Part shown: positions 41,222 through 51,951 of the stretch, piece by piece
How positions within the stretch are numbered: position 1 is the stretch's first letter
Layout: the number at the start of each line of letters is the position of its first letter
Source: Agreia sp.
GTDB lineage: Bacteria > Actinomycetota > Actinomycetes > Actinomycetales > Microbacteriaceae
Length of the DNA: 64,000 nt
Assembly (NCBI GenBank): GCA_040398585.1
Contig: JBBATW010000003.1
Coordinates: forward strand, 14,670-78,669
Direction of reading: 5' to 3'
Program-made: the position numbers and the translations under genes
Notes under the pieces: model-generated
The model's input: the letters and a program-made list of their open reading frames with translations, nothing else
The model's database searches: none
Told to the model about the DNA's origin: nothing

Positions 41222-41695
41222 CTACTTGATGTCCTTGTCGTCTTCGTCGAGGTCTTTTTCCTCTTCGTCAAGCAGCTCGCGCGGCTTGGCGTAGGGGTCG
41301 GCATCTCCGGCGTAGACGGCATCCTTCGCCTGAGTCATGGTGTCGGCGTCGCGTCGCATCGCCTCAGCCAGAAGGCCGTCGATCAGAAGGGCGTTCTCGG
41401 GGATGCCATCAGCGATGAACTCAAGGCTCGGGGTGAGGCGGGCGGTGATGTTCTTGCCCACCTCACTCCGAAGCATTCCCGTGGCCGACTTGAGAGCTGC
41501 GGCACTATCGGCCCGCTCCTCGTCTGATCCGTAGACCGTGTAGAAGACCGACGCGTGCTGCAGGTCGCCGGTCACCTTCACGTCTGTGATGGTGACGAAC
41601 CCGAGGCGGGGATCTTTCAATCCCCGCTCCAGGGTCTTCGCCACGATGACCTGAATGCGCTCCGCCATTTTTCTGGCGCGTGCGGGATCAGCCAT
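41222..41695 (-). CDS. rbfA: Ribosome-binding factor A
   Basis: ARKMAERIQVIVAKTLERGLKDPRLGFVTITDVKVTGDLQHASVFY. Acidic C-terminal tail. Confidence 0.9.
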   Translation of the reverse strand: MADPARARKMAERIQVIVAKTLERGLKDPRLGFVTITDVKVTGDLQHASVFYTVYGSDEERADSAAALKSATGMLRSEVGKNITARLTPSLEFIADGIPENALLIDGLLAEAMRRDADTMTQAKDAVYAGDADPYAKPRELLDEEEKDLDEDDKDIK

Positions 41696-41742
41696 TCAAC
41701 ACCGTCTTTCCTTTTCTGAGCCGTGCGACCTATCCGTGAGGA

Positions 41743-44553
41743 CTAGGCGCGCGGCTTTTCCTTCATCTCGATGGTCTCAATCTCGTCGCCGAGCTGGATG
41801 TCGTTGAACTTGCCCAGGCCAATACCGGCCTCGAAGTCCGTACGGACCTCGGTGACGTCGTCCTTGAACCGACGCAGGCTCTCGATCGCCAGGTTGTCGC
41901 CGACAACGATGCCGTCGCGGATAACCCGCGCCTTGGCGTTCCTGGTGATGGTACCCGAGCGAACGATGACACCCGCGATGTTGCCGAACTTGGAGGAACG
42001 GAAGATCTCGCGGATCTCTGCCACACCCGACTGCACCTCTTCGAACTCGGGCTTGAGCATTCCCTTGAGGGAGTTCTCAATGTCCTCGAGTGCCGAGTAG
42101 ATGACCGAGTAGAACCTGACATCGACGCCTTCGCGGGCAGCACGCTCGCGGGCCTTCGTGTCGGGGCGAACGTTGAACCCGATGATGATGGCGTTGTCGA
42201 CGGTAGCGAGGTTGACGTCGCTCTCGGTGACAGCACCGACACCGCGGTGGATGATGCGCAGCTGAACGGAGTCGTCGACCTCGATCTTGAGCAGCGATTC
42301 CTCGAGTGCTTCAACAGCACCCGAAACGTCACCCTTGATGATGAGGTTGAGCGACTCGACCTTGCCCTCTTCGAGCGCACGGGTGAAGTCCTCGAGGCTG
42401 ATGCGCTTGCGGCTCTTGGCCAGCAGGGCGTTACGCTCGACGGCTTCACGCTTCTCAGCGATCTGGCGGGCGGTGCGGTCGTCCTCGGTGACGAGGAACG
42501 TGTCACCGGCGCGAGGAACGCTCGACAGGCCCTGTACCTGAACGGGCCGGGCAGGCAGCGCCACGGTGAGGACGTTACCGTCTTCGTCGTGCATAGCGCG
42601 AACCTTGCCGTAGGCGGTACCAGCGACGATGGGGTCTCCGACGCGAAGCGTTCCCGACTGGATGAGCACGGTGGCAACCGCACCGCGACCCTTGTCGAGC
42701 TTCGCCTCGATGGCGACACCGCGGGCGGCCTTGTTCGGGTTGGCGCGCATGTCGAGACCTGCATCCGCGGTGAGCAGCACAGCGTCAAGAAGTTCCTTGA
42801 TACCGATGTTGTTCAGCGCCGACACGTCGACGAACATCACGTCTCCGCCGTACTCCTCGGCGACGAGGCCGAATTCGGTGAGCTGCTGACGGACCTTGGC
42901 CGGGTTTGCGCCGACCTTGTCGATCTTGTTCACCGCGACGACGATCGGCACGCCGGCGGCCTGGGCGTGGTTCAACGCCTCAACCGTCTGCGGCATGATG
43001 CCGTCATCAGCCGCAACCACGAGGATCGCGATGTCGGTGACCTGGGCACCACGGGCTCGCATGGCGGTGAACGCCTCGTGACCCGGGGTGTCGATGAAGG
43101 TGATGGCGCGTTCGATGCCCTCGTGCTCGGCAACTACCTGGTAGGCGCCGATGTGCTGCGTGATCCCACCGGCCTCGCCGGCGACGACGTTGGCACTGCG
43201 GATCGCATCCAGCAGACGGGTCTTACCGTGGTCGACGTGACCCATGACGGTGACGACCGGCGGGCGAACCTCGAGGTCTTCGTCGGTCTCGTCTTCAAGC
43301 TCCTGGTCGATGTCGATGTCGAAGCCCGAGAGAAGCTCGCGGTCCTCGTCCTCGGGGCTGACCATCATGATCTTATAGCCGAGTTCTTCACCCAGAATGT
43401 CGAAGGTCGCCTCGTCGAGGCTCTCCGTCGCCGTTGCCATCTCACCGAGGTGGAACAGCACCGTGACCAAGTTGCCGGGGCTGGCGTCGATCTTGTCGGC
43501 GAAGTCCGTGATGGAGGCTCCGCGACGCAGGCGAACGACGGTCGAGCCATCGCCGCGGGGAACGCTTACGCCACCAAGAGAAGGGGCTTCCCGCAGCTCG
43601 AACTCGGCGCGCTTCGTGCGCTTCGACTTGCGCGCCTTGGCACGACCGCCGCCACGACCGAAAGCACCAGCGGTTCCGCCGCCGGGGCCGCGACCTCGTC
43701 CACCGGCACCGCCGGGGCGGGGTGCGCCGAACGTGGTTGCACCGGGGGCGCCAGGAGCCCCGCCGGGACGGGCTGCTCCACCGGCACCGGCCGGGCGAGC
43801 GCCGCCGGGTCCACCGGGACGGAAACCGCCACCGGCACCCGCGGGACGCTGGCCGAAACCACCCGGACGGGCACCCTGGCCTACTCCACCGGGGCGCGGG
43901 GCGCCGGGGCGGGGCATGCCGGGACGAGGTGCTGCCGGACGCGGGATGGCGCCGGTGGCGCCACCGCCGGAGCCGGCACGAGGCGCAGCGGCAGGGGCCG
44001 GCGTGGTTCCCATTCCCTGTGAGCTGGCGAACGGGTTATTGCCGGGGCGAGGCGCGCCGGGGCGCTGCATCCCCTGGGTGCTGGCGAACGGGTTATTTCC
44101 CGGGCGCGGGGCGCCGGGCCGAGTTGTTGCGGCGGGCTCGGCCGCGGCCGGAGCCGCCGCGGAAGCCGGGGCTGCGGGTGTTGACGCAGGAGCGGGCGGC
44201 CGAGCCGCAACGGGAGCCGCTGCCACAGGCGCTGGTGCAACCGGGGAGGCAACAGCTTCGGGAGCCGCGGGCCGGGCCGGGCCGGGCGTCGCACCGGTCG
44301 ACGGGCGCGCTGCGGCCGGTGTCGCAACAGCGACAGCGGGTGCCGCAGGCGAGGCCACGGCTGCAGCAGGCACAACGACCTTGCCAGCGCCATCGGCGAT
44401 GAGGGCCTCCTTGAGTCGACGGGCGACCGGGGGTTCGATGCTTGACGAGGGACCCTTGACGAACTGGCCCATTTCTTTCAGCTTTGCGAGAGCTATTTTG
44501 CTATCGACGCCAAGTTCGGCGGCGACTTCGTGCACGCGTGGTTTTGCAGCCAC
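41743..44553 (-). CDS. infB: Translation initiation factor IF-2
   Basis: 936 aa. N-terminal [16 protein letters not shown], a long Ala/Pro/Gly-rich linker, and a G domain ([28 protein letters not shown]). GTG start with GGAG upstream. Confidence 0.97.
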   Translation of the reverse strand: MAAKPRVHEVAAELGVDSKIALAKLKEMGQFVKGPSSSIEPPVARRLKEALIADGAGKVVVPAAAVASPAAPAVAVATPAAARPSTGATPGPARPAAPEAVASPVAPAPVAAAPVAARPPAPASTPAAPASAAAPAAAEPAATTRPGAPRPGNNPFASTQGMQRPGAPRPGNNPFASSQGMGTTPAPAAAPRAGSGGGATGAIPRPAAPRPGMPRPGAPRPGGVGQGARPGGFGQRPAGAGGGFRPGGPGGARPAGAGGAARPGGAPGAPGATTFGAPRPGGAGGRGRGPGGGTAGAFGRGGGRAKARKSKRTKRAEFELREAPSLGGVSVPRGDGSTVVRLRRGASITDFADKIDASPGNLVTVLFHLGEMATATESLDEATFDILGEELGYKIMMVSPEDEDRELLSGFDIDIDQELEDETDEDLEVRPPVVTVMGHVDHGKTRLLDAIRSANVVAGEAGGITQHIGAYQVVAEHEGIERAITFIDTPGHEAFTAMRARGAQVTDIAILVVAADDGIMPQTVEALNHAQAAGVPIVVAVNKIDKVGANPAKVRQQLTEFGLVAEEYGGDVMFVDVSALNNIGIKELLDAVLLTADAGLDMRANPNKAARGVAIEAKLDKGRGAVATVLIQSGTLRVGDPIVAGTAYGKVRAMHDEDGNVLTVALPARPVQVQGLSSVPRAGDTFLVTEDDRTARQIAEKREAVERNALLAKSRKRISLEDFTRALEEGKVESLNLIIKGDVSGAVEALEESLLKIEVDDSVQLRIIHRGVGAVTESDVNLATVDNAIIIGFNVRPDTKARERAAREGVDVRFYSVIYSALEDIENSLKGMLKPEFEEVQSGVAEIREIFRSSKFGNIAGVIVRSGTITRNAKARVIRDGIVVGDNLAIESLRRFKDDVTEVRTDFEAGIGLGKFNDIQLGDEIETIEMKEKPRA
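44008..44121 (-). repeat. In-frame 57-bp tandem duplication inside infB
   Basis: Encodes [19 protein letters not shown] / [19 protein letters not shown] (residues 145-182). The two DNA copies are nearly identical. Confidence 0.8.
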
Positions 44554-44559
44554 AATTCT

Positions 44560-44586
44560 CCTGTCTGGGATCTGCTCCCGGACAGG
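44560..44586 (-). promoter_or_regulatory. Hairpin overlapping the infB Shine-Dalgarno
   Basis: Minus-strand RNA CCUGUCCGGGA-gcaga-UCCCAGACAGG forms an 11-bp stem with one G-U pair. The 3' arm ends in the AGG of the AGGAG Shine-Dalgarno, 6 nt before the GTG start at 44553. Confidence 0.4.
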
Positions 44587-44593
44587 GGCAGAC

Positions 44594-44663
44594 CATTAGT
44601 TACGGACGGATCTCATTACGAGCCGCTCATTAGACGACGCTCATTATTAGGACGCGCTCATTA
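44594..44663 (-). repeat. Degenerate tandem TAATGAG(C/A) repeat forming chained mini-ORFs in the ylxR-infB spacer
   Basis: The minus strand reads aaaTAATGAGCGCGTCCTAATAATGAGCGTCGTCTAATGAGCGGCTCGTAATGAGATCCGTCCGTAACTAATGG. This gives five TAATG junctions, with 20, 14, 14 and 17 nt between successive start codons reading 5' to 3' on the minus strand. Confidence 0.7.
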
Positions 44664-44715
44664 TTTGGTCACAATGCCAATCGGATAGTTCAGTGGGCAG
44701 GCCGGTAAATCGGGC

Positions 44716-44994
44716 CTATCCAACGGTGGATTCCTCGGGAACATTTAACTGCTTGGAAACGAACATCAGCACGTCGCCCGGGTCAAGTGTCTCGGCTACC
44801 CGAAGCGCCCGCCCGAAAGCCCGACGCTTGATCGAGTTCTCAACACACTCACGAGTCGGATGCACCCACGCGCCCCTGCCCTGAAGTGTGCCGGTCTCAT
44901 CGACCGCCACACGGGAATTCCGGGCCACAACCCTCAAAAGAAAGGACTGTGCGGCACGCGCTCGGCAACCGACGCACGTTCTTACAGGGTTCAT
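44716..44994 (-). CDS. ylxR: YlxR/DUF448 family RNA-binding protein
   Basis: MNPVRTCVGCRARAAQSFLLRVV...GRGAWVHP. It sits in the canonical position between nusA and infB. Confidence 0.85.
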   Translation of the reverse strand: MNPVRTCVGCRARAAQSFLLRVVARNSRVAVDETGTLQGRGAWVHPTRECVENSIKRRAFGRALRVAETLDPGDVLMFVSKQLNVPEESTVG

Positions 44995-45047
44995 AGTACA
45001 CCTCCGGCTGTTCAGGCGGTCGTTGCCGAGCAGATCGAGGCGGCAGG

Positions 45048-46142
45048 TTACGCCTCGTCCATCACGGAGTCGGGCTGGATGTCGATCTTGGCTCCGGTCA
45101 GCTTGGCAGCCAGTCGGGCGTTCTGCCCCTCCTTGCCGATGGCGAGAGAAAGCTGGTAGTCGGGAACCAGGGCGCGAACCGCCTTGAGCGACTCATCGAT
45201 CATGAAGGCGCTAGACACCTTTGCCGGTGACAGGGCGTTGGCGACGAACGTCGGCAGGTCGTCCGAGAAGTCGACAATGTCGATCTTCTCATTGCCGAGC
45301 TCACTCGTCACGGCGCGCACCCGCTGGCCAAGCTCCCCGATGCACGCACCCTTGGCGTTGATTCCAGGCTCGGTCGCGCGAACGGCGATCTTCGTGCGGT
45401 GACCGGCCTCCCGCGCGAGGGACACTATCTCGACGAGACCGTTTGCGATTTCGGGTACCTCGAGCGCGAAGAGCTTGCGCACCAGGGACGGATGAGTGCG
45501 GGACACGGTGATTGCGGGGCCCTTGAGCCCCCGAGTGACACTCGTGACAAAAACACGGATGCGGGTGCCGTGCGAGTAATCCTCGCCCGGTACCTGCTCC
45601 TCCGGCGGCAGGATCGCCTCGATGGTGCCGAGATCGACGTGAATCATCCGGGGGTTCGGGCCCTGCTGGATGACACCGGCAATGATGTCGCCCTCGCGAC
45701 CCTTGAACTCGCCGAGTACGGCGTCGTCGGCGAGGTCGCGCAGACGCTGATTGATGACCTGCTTGGCCGCGAAGGCACCGATGCGGCCGAAGTCGGTCGG
45801 CTCATCATGGGCCTCCCCGATGACGAGTCCATCCTCATCAAGCTCGGGCACGAAAATGCTGATGCGCCCTGTCTTGCGGTCAAGATGAACTCGCGCGGGC
45901 GGTGCCGCGTTCGGGTCTGCAGCTGCTGCCGCCTCGGCGGCTTTCTTATCGGCACCCTTGGGGTCGGTTCCCCGGTGGTCTGCTACCTTCGGGTCAACAC
46001 TCTTGATATTCTCTAGGCCTGCCTGATCGACGTGCTTCTGGTAGGCGGTGAGAATTGCCTGTTCAATGATCTGTACCAGCTCTTCGAATGGGATTTCCCG
46101 TTCGCGTTCCAGCACCCTGAGTACGCTGAGGTCGATATCCAT
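45048..46142 (-). CDS. nusA: Transcription termination/antitermination factor NusA
   Basis: N-terminal MDIDLSVLRVLEREREIPFEELVQIIEQAILTAY, an S1 domain (GDIIAGVIQQ...) and two KH domains. A low-complexity insert of roughly 45 aa (KSVDPKVADHRGTDPKGADKKAAEAAAAADP...) follows the N-terminal helix. Confidence 0.95.
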   Translation of the reverse strand: MDIDLSVLRVLEREREIPFEELVQIIEQAILTAYQKHVDQAGLENIKSVDPKVADHRGTDPKGADKKAAEAAAAADPNAAPPARVHLDRKTGRISIFVPELDEDGLVIGEAHDEPTDFGRIGAFAAKQVINQRLRDLADDAVLGEFKGREGDIIAGVIQQGPNPRMIHVDLGTIEAILPPEEQVPGEDYSHGTRIRVFVTSVTRGLKGPAITVSRTHPSLVRKLFALEVPEIANGLVEIVSLAREAGHRTKIAVRATEPGINAKGACIGELGQRVRAVTSELGNEKIDIVDFSDDLPTFVANALSPAKVSSAFMIDESLKAVRALVPDYQLSLAIGKEGQNARLAAKLTGAKIDIQPDSVMDEA

Positions 46143-46223
46143 GGCCGGCCTCCTTCTTTTTTTAGTTTGCTTTATTGCAAGAATTCTGCGGGCAGGATTA
46201 CGACCCCGGCCCGAGGGTAGAGC

Positions 46224-47996
46224 TTAGCCGACTTCGCCAAGACGGGCGACGACATCGGCGATGGCGACCTCGAGCCGCGCGCCGGAGCGTCGGTCCCACA
46301 GCTCGACCACACCATCGGCCACACCGCGACCGACGATCACGATTGTGGGAACGCCAAGCAACTCGGCGTCGCCGAACTTCACACCCGGGGAGACCTTCGG
46401 ACGGTCGTCGTAGAGCACGTCGCGGCCGGAGGCCTCAAGGGCGTGAACGATGACCTCGGCGGTCTCATAGGCGAGGGTGTCCTTGCCCGTGGCGAGCACA
46501 TGTACATCGAAAGGGGCGACCGGCTTGGGCCAGATCAGGCCCTTGGCATCATTGTTCAGCTCGGCGATGATGGCAAGGATTCGCGTCACACCGATACCGT
46601 AGGAGCCCATCGTGACGGTGACGAGCTTCCCGTTCTCGTCCAAGACCTTCAGTCCCAGGGCCTCGGCGTACTTGCGACCGAGCTGGAATACGTGCCCGAT
46701 CTCCATTCCGCGCGCACTCTCGATGGGGCCGGAGCCGTCGGGGGCCGGGTCGCCGTCGCGAACGGATGCAGCCTCCACGACGCCATCCGCAACGAAATCG
46801 CGGCCAGCGACGAGTTGGAGAACATGCTTACCCGCCTCGTTGGCGCCCGTGATCCACTCGGTTCCCTCAACCACGCGGGGGTCGAGCAGATAGCGGATTC
46901 CAGTGCGGCTCGCGGTGCCGAGAACGGTACCCTCTCTCGACCATGGGCCGATGTAGCCCTTGACGAGCCCAGGATGCTTCGTGAAGTCATCTTCGGTGGC
47001 GGGCTCGACCTCGGCCGGCTGGAACGCTACCTCGGCGCGCTTAGTATCGACGTCCCGGTCTCCCGGCAGCCCGATAACGACAAGCTCGCGGGTGCCATCT
47101 GGCCGGGTGAGCGCGAGCACGACGTTTTTCAGCGTGTGCGCGGCGGTCCACGGGGCACCGTCGGCGCGCGGCTGTTCGGCGTTGGCAAGGGCTACCAGGG
47201 ACTGGATAGTGGGGGTGTCGGGCGAGTCGAAGACCTGGGCCTCGGGGCGGCCTGCGAGCGGGATCGAGTCGGGCACGAGGGTGGTGAACGCCTCGATGTT
47301 TGCCGCGTAGCCGCCGGCGCTTCTGACAAACGTGTCCTCACCGACCGGGGTCGGGTGCAGGAACTCCTCGCTTTTGGAGCCGCCCATAGCACCGGCGTCC
47401 GCGGTGACGATCACGTATTCGAGGCCGAGCCGGGTGAAAATGCGCTCGTAGGCGTCCCGCTGGGCCTGATAGGAGGCGGTGAGTCCGGCATCCGTGTGGT
47501 CGAAGGAGTAGGCGTCCTTCATAGTGAACTCACGGCCGCGCAGGAGGCCGGCGCGGGGGCGTGCCTCATCGCGGTACTTGTCCTGGATCTGATAGATCGA
47601 CAGGGGCAAGTCCTTGTAGCTGTTGTACAGGTCTTTCACTAAAAGGGTGAAGACCTCCTCGTGCGTCGGGGCGAGCACATATCCCGCGTCGCGACGATCG
47701 GCCAGCCGGAACATACCGTCGCCGTACTCGGTGTACCGACCGGTCACCTCGTAGGCCTCCTTGGGCAGGAGCGCCGGGAAGTGCACCTCGTGGGCGCCTG
47801 CGGCCGCCATCTCCTCACGGACGATGGCCTCGATCTTTCCCTTGACGCGCAGCCCGATGGGCAGCCAGGCGAAGATGCCCGGCGCCTGGCGCCTGATATA
47901 GGCCCCGCGCACAAGCAGTCGGTGACTCGTCACCTCCGCATCCGAGGGGTCTTCGCGGAGGGTACGGAGGAAGTAGTTAGTTAGACGCACAGGCAC
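46224..47996 (-). CDS. proS: Proline--tRNA ligase (bacterial type with editing insertion)
   Basis: 590 aa. [36 protein letters not shown], class II motifs ([25 protein letters not shown]; [14 protein letters not shown]). Confidence 0.95.
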   Translation of the reverse strand: MPVRLTNYFLRTLREDPSDAEVTSHRLLVRGAYIRRQAPGIFAWLPIGLRVKGKIEAIVREEMAAAGAHEVHFPALLPKEAYEVTGRYTEYGDGMFRLADRRDAGYVLAPTHEEVFTLLVKDLYNSYKDLPLSIYQIQDKYRDEARPRAGLLRGREFTMKDAYSFDHTDAGLTASYQAQRDAYERIFTRLGLEYVIVTADAGAMGGSKSEEFLHPTPVGEDTFVRSAGGYAANIEAFTTLVPDSIPLAGRPEAQVFDSPDTPTIQSLVALANAEQPRADGAPWTAAHTLKNVVLALTRPDGTRELVVIGLPGDRDVDTKRAEVAFQPAEVEPATEDDFTKHPGLVKGYIGPWSREGTVLGTASRTGIRYLLDPRVVEGTEWITGANEAGKHVLQLVAGRDFVADGVVEAASVRDGDPAPDGSGPIESARGMEIGHVFQLGRKYAEALGLKVLDENGKLVTVTMGSYGIGVTRILAIIAELNNDAKGLIWPKPVAPFDVHVLATGKDTLAYETAEVIVHALEASGRDVLYDDRPKVSPGVKFGDAELLGVPTIVIVGRGVADGVVELWDRRSGARLEVAIADVVARLGEVG

Positions 47997-48160
47997 GCGT
48001 CGAGTCTATTCTCCGCACGGCCCCGGGATTACTCGCAACCGAAGAATCGGCTCAGTCGCCGATGGAACAGGTCACCCGGCTGAGGAGCGAACCCGATGGT
48101 CGACCGGCCGAAGCCTGTGCAAATCCGAATCGGGCCTGACCCGAGTCGGATCTGTCCGTA

Positions 48161-49318
48161 TTAGGACCCGACGCTGACCACCGGGCTACCCGTGGAGGTG
48201 TCGCTGGCGGGCATCTCGGCCGCCAGGCGATTGGCCTCCTCGATGAGTGTCGCGACGATCTCCGATTCGGGCACGGTCTTGATGACCTCTCCCCTGACGA
48301 ATATCTGGCCTTTGCCGTTGCCCGACGCCACACCGAGGTCAGCCTCACGGGCCTCACCCGGACCGTTGACGACGCACCCCATAACGGCAACGCGGAGCGG
48401 CACGGTCATTCCCTCGAGCCCGGCCGTGACATCGTTGGCGAGCTTGTAGACGTCGACCTGCGCCCGGCCGCAGCTCGGGCAGGAGACGATTTCTAGCTTG
48501 CGCTCCCTGAGGTTCAGCGACTGCAGGATCTGCAGGCCGACCTTGATCTCCAGGGCCGGCGGGGCAGAAAGGGAAACCCGGATGGTGTCGCCGATTCCTT
48601 CGCCAAGAAGGATTCCGAACGCCGTGGCGCTCTTGATGGTGCCCTGGAACTCGGGTCCCGCCTCGGTCACTCCGAGGTGGAATGGCCAGTCGCCTCTTTC
48701 GGCGAGGAGCCGGTACGCCTTGACCATAATGACGGGGTCATTGTGCTTGACCGAGATCTTGAAATCATGGAAGTCGTGTTCCTCGAACAGGCTCGCCTCC
48801 CAGACTGCGCTCTCAACGAGAGCCTCAGGGGTTGCCTTGCCGTACTTCGCCAGCAGGCTCGGCTCAAGGGATCCGGCGTTGACGCCAATACGCAGGGATA
48901 CACCGGCAGCCTTTGCCGCGGCGGCGATCTTGCCGACCTGGTCGTCGAACTTTCGAATGTTACCCGGGTTCACCCTTACGGCCGCGCAACCCGCGTCGAT
49001 GGCGGCGAAGACGTAGTTCGGCTGGAAGTGAATATCGGCGATGACCGGGATCTGGCTCTTCTTGGCGATGATCGGCAGGGCCTCCGCATCGTCCCGGGAG
49101 GGCACGGCGACGCGAACGATGTCACAGCCGGTGGCGGTGAGCTCCGCAATCTGCTGGAGCGTCGCGTTGATGTTGGTCGTCGGAGTCGTCGTCATCGACT
49201 GCACGCTTACCTGCGCATCACCGCCGACAAGGACTTTGCCGACCTTGATCTGCCTGGTCTTACGTCGCGGAGAAAGAACTTCTGGAACTTTGGGCATTCC
49301 CAAATTGATAGCGGCCAC
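48161..49318 (-). CDS. ispG: 4-hydroxy-3-methylbut-2-en-1-yl diphosphate synthase
   Basis: [28 protein letters not shown], and C-terminal Fe-S ligands in SCPSCGR...[10 protein letters not shown]. Confidence 0.95.
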   Translation of the reverse strand: MAAINLGMPKVPEVLSPRRKTRQIKVGKVLVGGDAQVSVQSMTTTPTTNINATLQQIAELTATGCDIVRVAVPSRDDAEALPIIAKKSQIPVIADIHFQPNYVFAAIDAGCAAVRVNPGNIRKFDDQVGKIAAAAKAAGVSLRIGVNAGSLEPSLLAKYGKATPEALVESAVWEASLFEEHDFHDFKISVKHNDPVIMVKAYRLLAERGDWPFHLGVTEAGPEFQGTIKSATAFGILLGEGIGDTIRVSLSAPPALEIKVGLQILQSLNLRERKLEIVSCPSCGRAQVDVYKLANDVTAGLEGMTVPLRVAVMGCVVNGPGEAREADLGVASGNGKGQIFVRGEVIKTVPESEIVATLIEEANRLAAEMPASDTSTGSPVVSVGS

Positions 49319-49343
49319 GCCCTAAGTGTAGAGCGCGAACCTG

Positions 49344-50669
49344 TTAGCCAAACAGCGAAATGGGCTTGACGATATCGGCATAGATGAGCAGCGCACTCAT
49401 GCCGCCGAGCAGGATAACCACACCGAAGGTCAACGGCATCAGTTTGGCGGTGTCGAAGGGCTCGGGCGTGGGACGGCGCAAAAGCCGAGCGAATCCTCGC
49501 CGGAGGGCATCCCACAGCGCGCCAGCCACGTGGCCACCATCCAGCGGCATCAGCGGCACAAGATTGATCACGAAAAGCGCGACGTTCAGTGACGCGAGGA
49601 GTCCGAGCAGGCTTGCCACCTTGGACTGCACAGGCATGTCGATGCTGGTGATCTCCCCGGCGACGCGGCCGATGCCGACAACGCTGATCGGTCCGTTAGG
49701 GTCCCGCGGCCCGGAGCCGAACGCGGCATTGGCCACATCGACAAGCCGGGCGGGAAGGTTCGCGATGATGTGAACGACTCCCCCGATGTTCTCACCGACA
49801 ATCGGCAACACACTCGTGACCGGCTGGGGAACCAACTCCTGAGCCGCACCGATGCCGACGAAGCCAACATTCTGGGTGATGTCTTGGCCGTTCGCGTCCT
49901 TCGCGATCTGACCGCTGTCGGTGACGGCATAGCGCTCCGAGAGCAGCGGAGTGATCGTCAGGGGGGTTTCGACGCCGTTGCGGAGCACGATGAAGCTGAG
50001 GGGCACGCCAGCAGAGTTCCGGATGATGTCGGTTGACTGCGCCCAGCTCGTGACCGGGTTCCCCTGAATGCTGACGAGCCTGTCGCCGGGCATAATTCCT
50101 GCCGCGGCGCCGGGGGCCGGGGCATCGGTGGCGCCGCAGGTCTGGCTCGTGCTGGTGGCCGACACGACGCAGGCGCTCACGCTACCGACGGTCGTGGAGA
50201 CCTGGGCGGTGCCGAATCCCATCAGCAGAACCGCGTACAGCACGAGCGCGATGAGCAGGTTCATGGCCGGCCCGCCAAGCATGATGATGATGCGCTTGTA
50301 GGTCGGCAGTCGGTAGAAGGCGCGGTGCTCGTCGTCTCCTACGCCTTCGGCGCTGACATCCCGGGCATCCTGCACCATGGTGTTGAAGAAACCGGTGCTG
50401 GCGTTGCGCACCTTGCCGCCGGACTTGATCGGCGGGAACATTCCGATCATCGAGATGAAGCCACCGAGCGGAATCGCCTTGACTCCGTACTCCGTCTCAC
50501 CCCGCTTCTTTGAGAACAGTGTCGGTCCGAAGCCGATCATGTATTGGGTGACCTTGACCCCGAACTTCTTGGCAGGCAAGAGGTGCCCCACCTCGTGAAG
50601 TGCGATGGATACCGCTAAGCCGATGACGACGACGAGTACGCCGAGAATAAAAAGAAGGACCGTTTCCAC
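49344..50669 (-). CDS. M50 site-2 (RIP) metalloprotease with PDZ domain (Rip1/RseP-like)
   Basis: HEVGHLLPAKKFG (HExxH in TM1), a PDZ region (GIMPGDRLVSIQGNPV) and LNVALFVINLVPLMPLDGGH (NxxPxxxLDG). GTG start. Confidence 0.88.
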   Translation of the reverse strand: METVLLFILGVLVVVIGLAVSIALHEVGHLLPAKKFGVKVTQYMIGFGPTLFSKKRGETEYGVKAIPLGGFISMIGMFPPIKSGGKVRNASTGFFNTMVQDARDVSAEGVGDDEHRAFYRLPTYKRIIIMLGGPAMNLLIALVLYAVLLMGFGTAQVSTTVGSVSACVVSATSTSQTCGATDAPAPGAAAGIMPGDRLVSIQGNPVTSWAQSTDIIRNSAGVPLSFIVLRNGVETPLTITPLLSERYAVTDSGQIAKDANGQDITQNVGFVGIGAAQELVPQPVTSVLPIVGENIGGVVHIIANLPARLVDVANAAFGSGPRDPNGPISVVGIGRVAGEITSIDMPVQSKVASLLGLLASLNVALFVINLVPLMPLDGGHVAGALWDALRRGFARLLRRPTPEPFDTAKLMPLTFGVVILLGGMSALLIYADIVKPISLFG

Positions 50670-50840
50670 GTACGAACGTTACCCCGGCGCCCCATGGCAC
50701 TGCTGTCCTTTGCCTGAGAGGCGACCGAAACCCACCGCGACGGCCCGTTTACGGCCCCAGGTTTCTGCCGGTCGGCTGTGATCGGCGTATTCCAGTTTTC
50801 ACCTGCAACGCAGGCTCCCAGCGCGCCGGCCAGGCTCCCG

Positions 50841-51932
50841 TCAGCGGGCGATGCGCGTATCGGCCGTGCGACGGGCCCACGCCTCGGCTTCGGCAAGCGA
50901 CGCGAGGCTGAGGTCTTCAGAGCCGGGGTCGTGGGACTCGACGACGGAGCGGATGGTGTCGACGATCTCGAGGAAACCGATCTTGCCGGTGTGAAACGCC
51001 GCAACCGCCTGCTCGTTGGCCGCGTTGAAGACGGCCGGATAGGTTCCGCCGGAGCGACCCACCTGCTTTGCGAGCTCTACGGCAGGGAAAGCGATGTCAT
51101 CCAAGGGCTCAAACGTCCACGTGTGGCTTTGGGACCAGTCAAGAGGCTTCCCGGCGCCAGCGATACGGTTCGGCCAATCGAGGCCAAGGGATATCGGCAG
51201 CCGCATGTCGGGCGGCGACGCCTGGGCGATGGTCGAGCCGTCGATGAACTCGACCATCGAATGGATCATCGACTGCGGGTGAACCGTCACGTCGATCCTT
51301 GAGTAGGGCACATCGAACAACAGGTGCGCCTCGATGATCTCCAGCCCTTTATTCACGAGTGTCGACGAGTTCGTCGTGATGACCAGACCCATGTCCCAGG
51401 TCGGATGCGCGAGGGCCTCGCGCGGGGTCACCGCGGCCATCGACTCGCGACTGCGACCGCGAAACGGGCCGCCGGACGCCGTGAGTACCAGGCGTTCGAC
51501 CTCGGCGGCGGTGCCGGCCCGCAGCGCCTGCGCGATCGCTGAGTGCTCAGAGTCGACGGGCACGATTTGGCCCGGCTCAGCCATGGACTTGAGCAGATCG
51601 CCGCCAACGATCAGGCTCTCTTTGTTCGCCAAAGCGAGGATCCGACCCGCACGGAGGGCCGCGACGCTTGGCCCGAGCCCTACCGACCCGGTGATGCCGT
51701 TCAGGACGACGTCTGCCTCGATGTCTCGAACCAGGTATTCGGCCTCCTCTGCCCCCAGGGCAAGGTTCGTCACTCCGAACTCCTCGGCCTGCGCCTCGAG
51801 CGCATCGCGCTTGGAACCGGCTCCCAACCCCACCACCTCGAAGCGGTCGGGATTATTCCGGATCACGTCGAGCGCCTGAACACCGATCGAGCCCGTTGAG
51901 CCAAGGATTATTACGCGTCTCACGCGCTCCAT
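50841..51932 (-). CDS. dxr: 1-deoxy-D-xylulose 5-phosphate reductoisomerase
   Basis: [44 protein letters not shown]. Confidence 0.95.
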   Translation of the reverse strand: MERVRRVIILGSTGSIGVQALDVIRNNPDRFEVVGLGAGSKRDALEAQAEEFGVTNLALGAEEAEYLVRDIEADVVLNGITGSVGLGPSVAALRAGRILALANKESLIVGGDLLKSMAEPGQIVPVDSEHSAIAQALRAGTAAEVERLVLTASGGPFRGRSRESMAAVTPREALAHPTWDMGLVITTNSSTLVNKGLEIIEAHLLFDVPYSRIDVTVHPQSMIHSMVEFIDGSTIAQASPPDMRLPISLGLDWPNRIAGAGKPLDWSQSHTWTFEPLDDIAFPAVELAKQVGRSGGTYPAVFNAANEQAVAAFHTGKIGFLEIVDTIRSVVESHDPGSEDLSLASLAEAEAWARRTADTRIAR

Positions 51933-51951
51933 CCTGCACTACCCGAGGAGC

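Noticed and set aside
42247-44599. Two long plus-strand ORFs (591 aa and 400 aa) antisense to infB
   Set aside because: Low-complexity Gly/Arg/Ala/Pro translations of the antisense of the GC-rich IF-2 linker. They are open only because stop codons are rare at this GC content.
44594-44663. TAATGAGC repeats as a miniature CRISPR array or transposon terminal repeat
   Set aside because: The units are only 14-20 nt apart with 8-9 nt of identity. There are no spacers of CRISPR length, no cas genes and no transposase. The repeats lie in a conserved operon spacer.
47997-48160. Possible T-box or riboswitch in the 164-nt proS leader
   Set aside because: There is no T-box consensus (AGAGA/GNUGGNA-type specifier and T-box sequence), no proline-codon leader ORF and no recognisable riboswitch core. 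Only short, weak hairpins are present.
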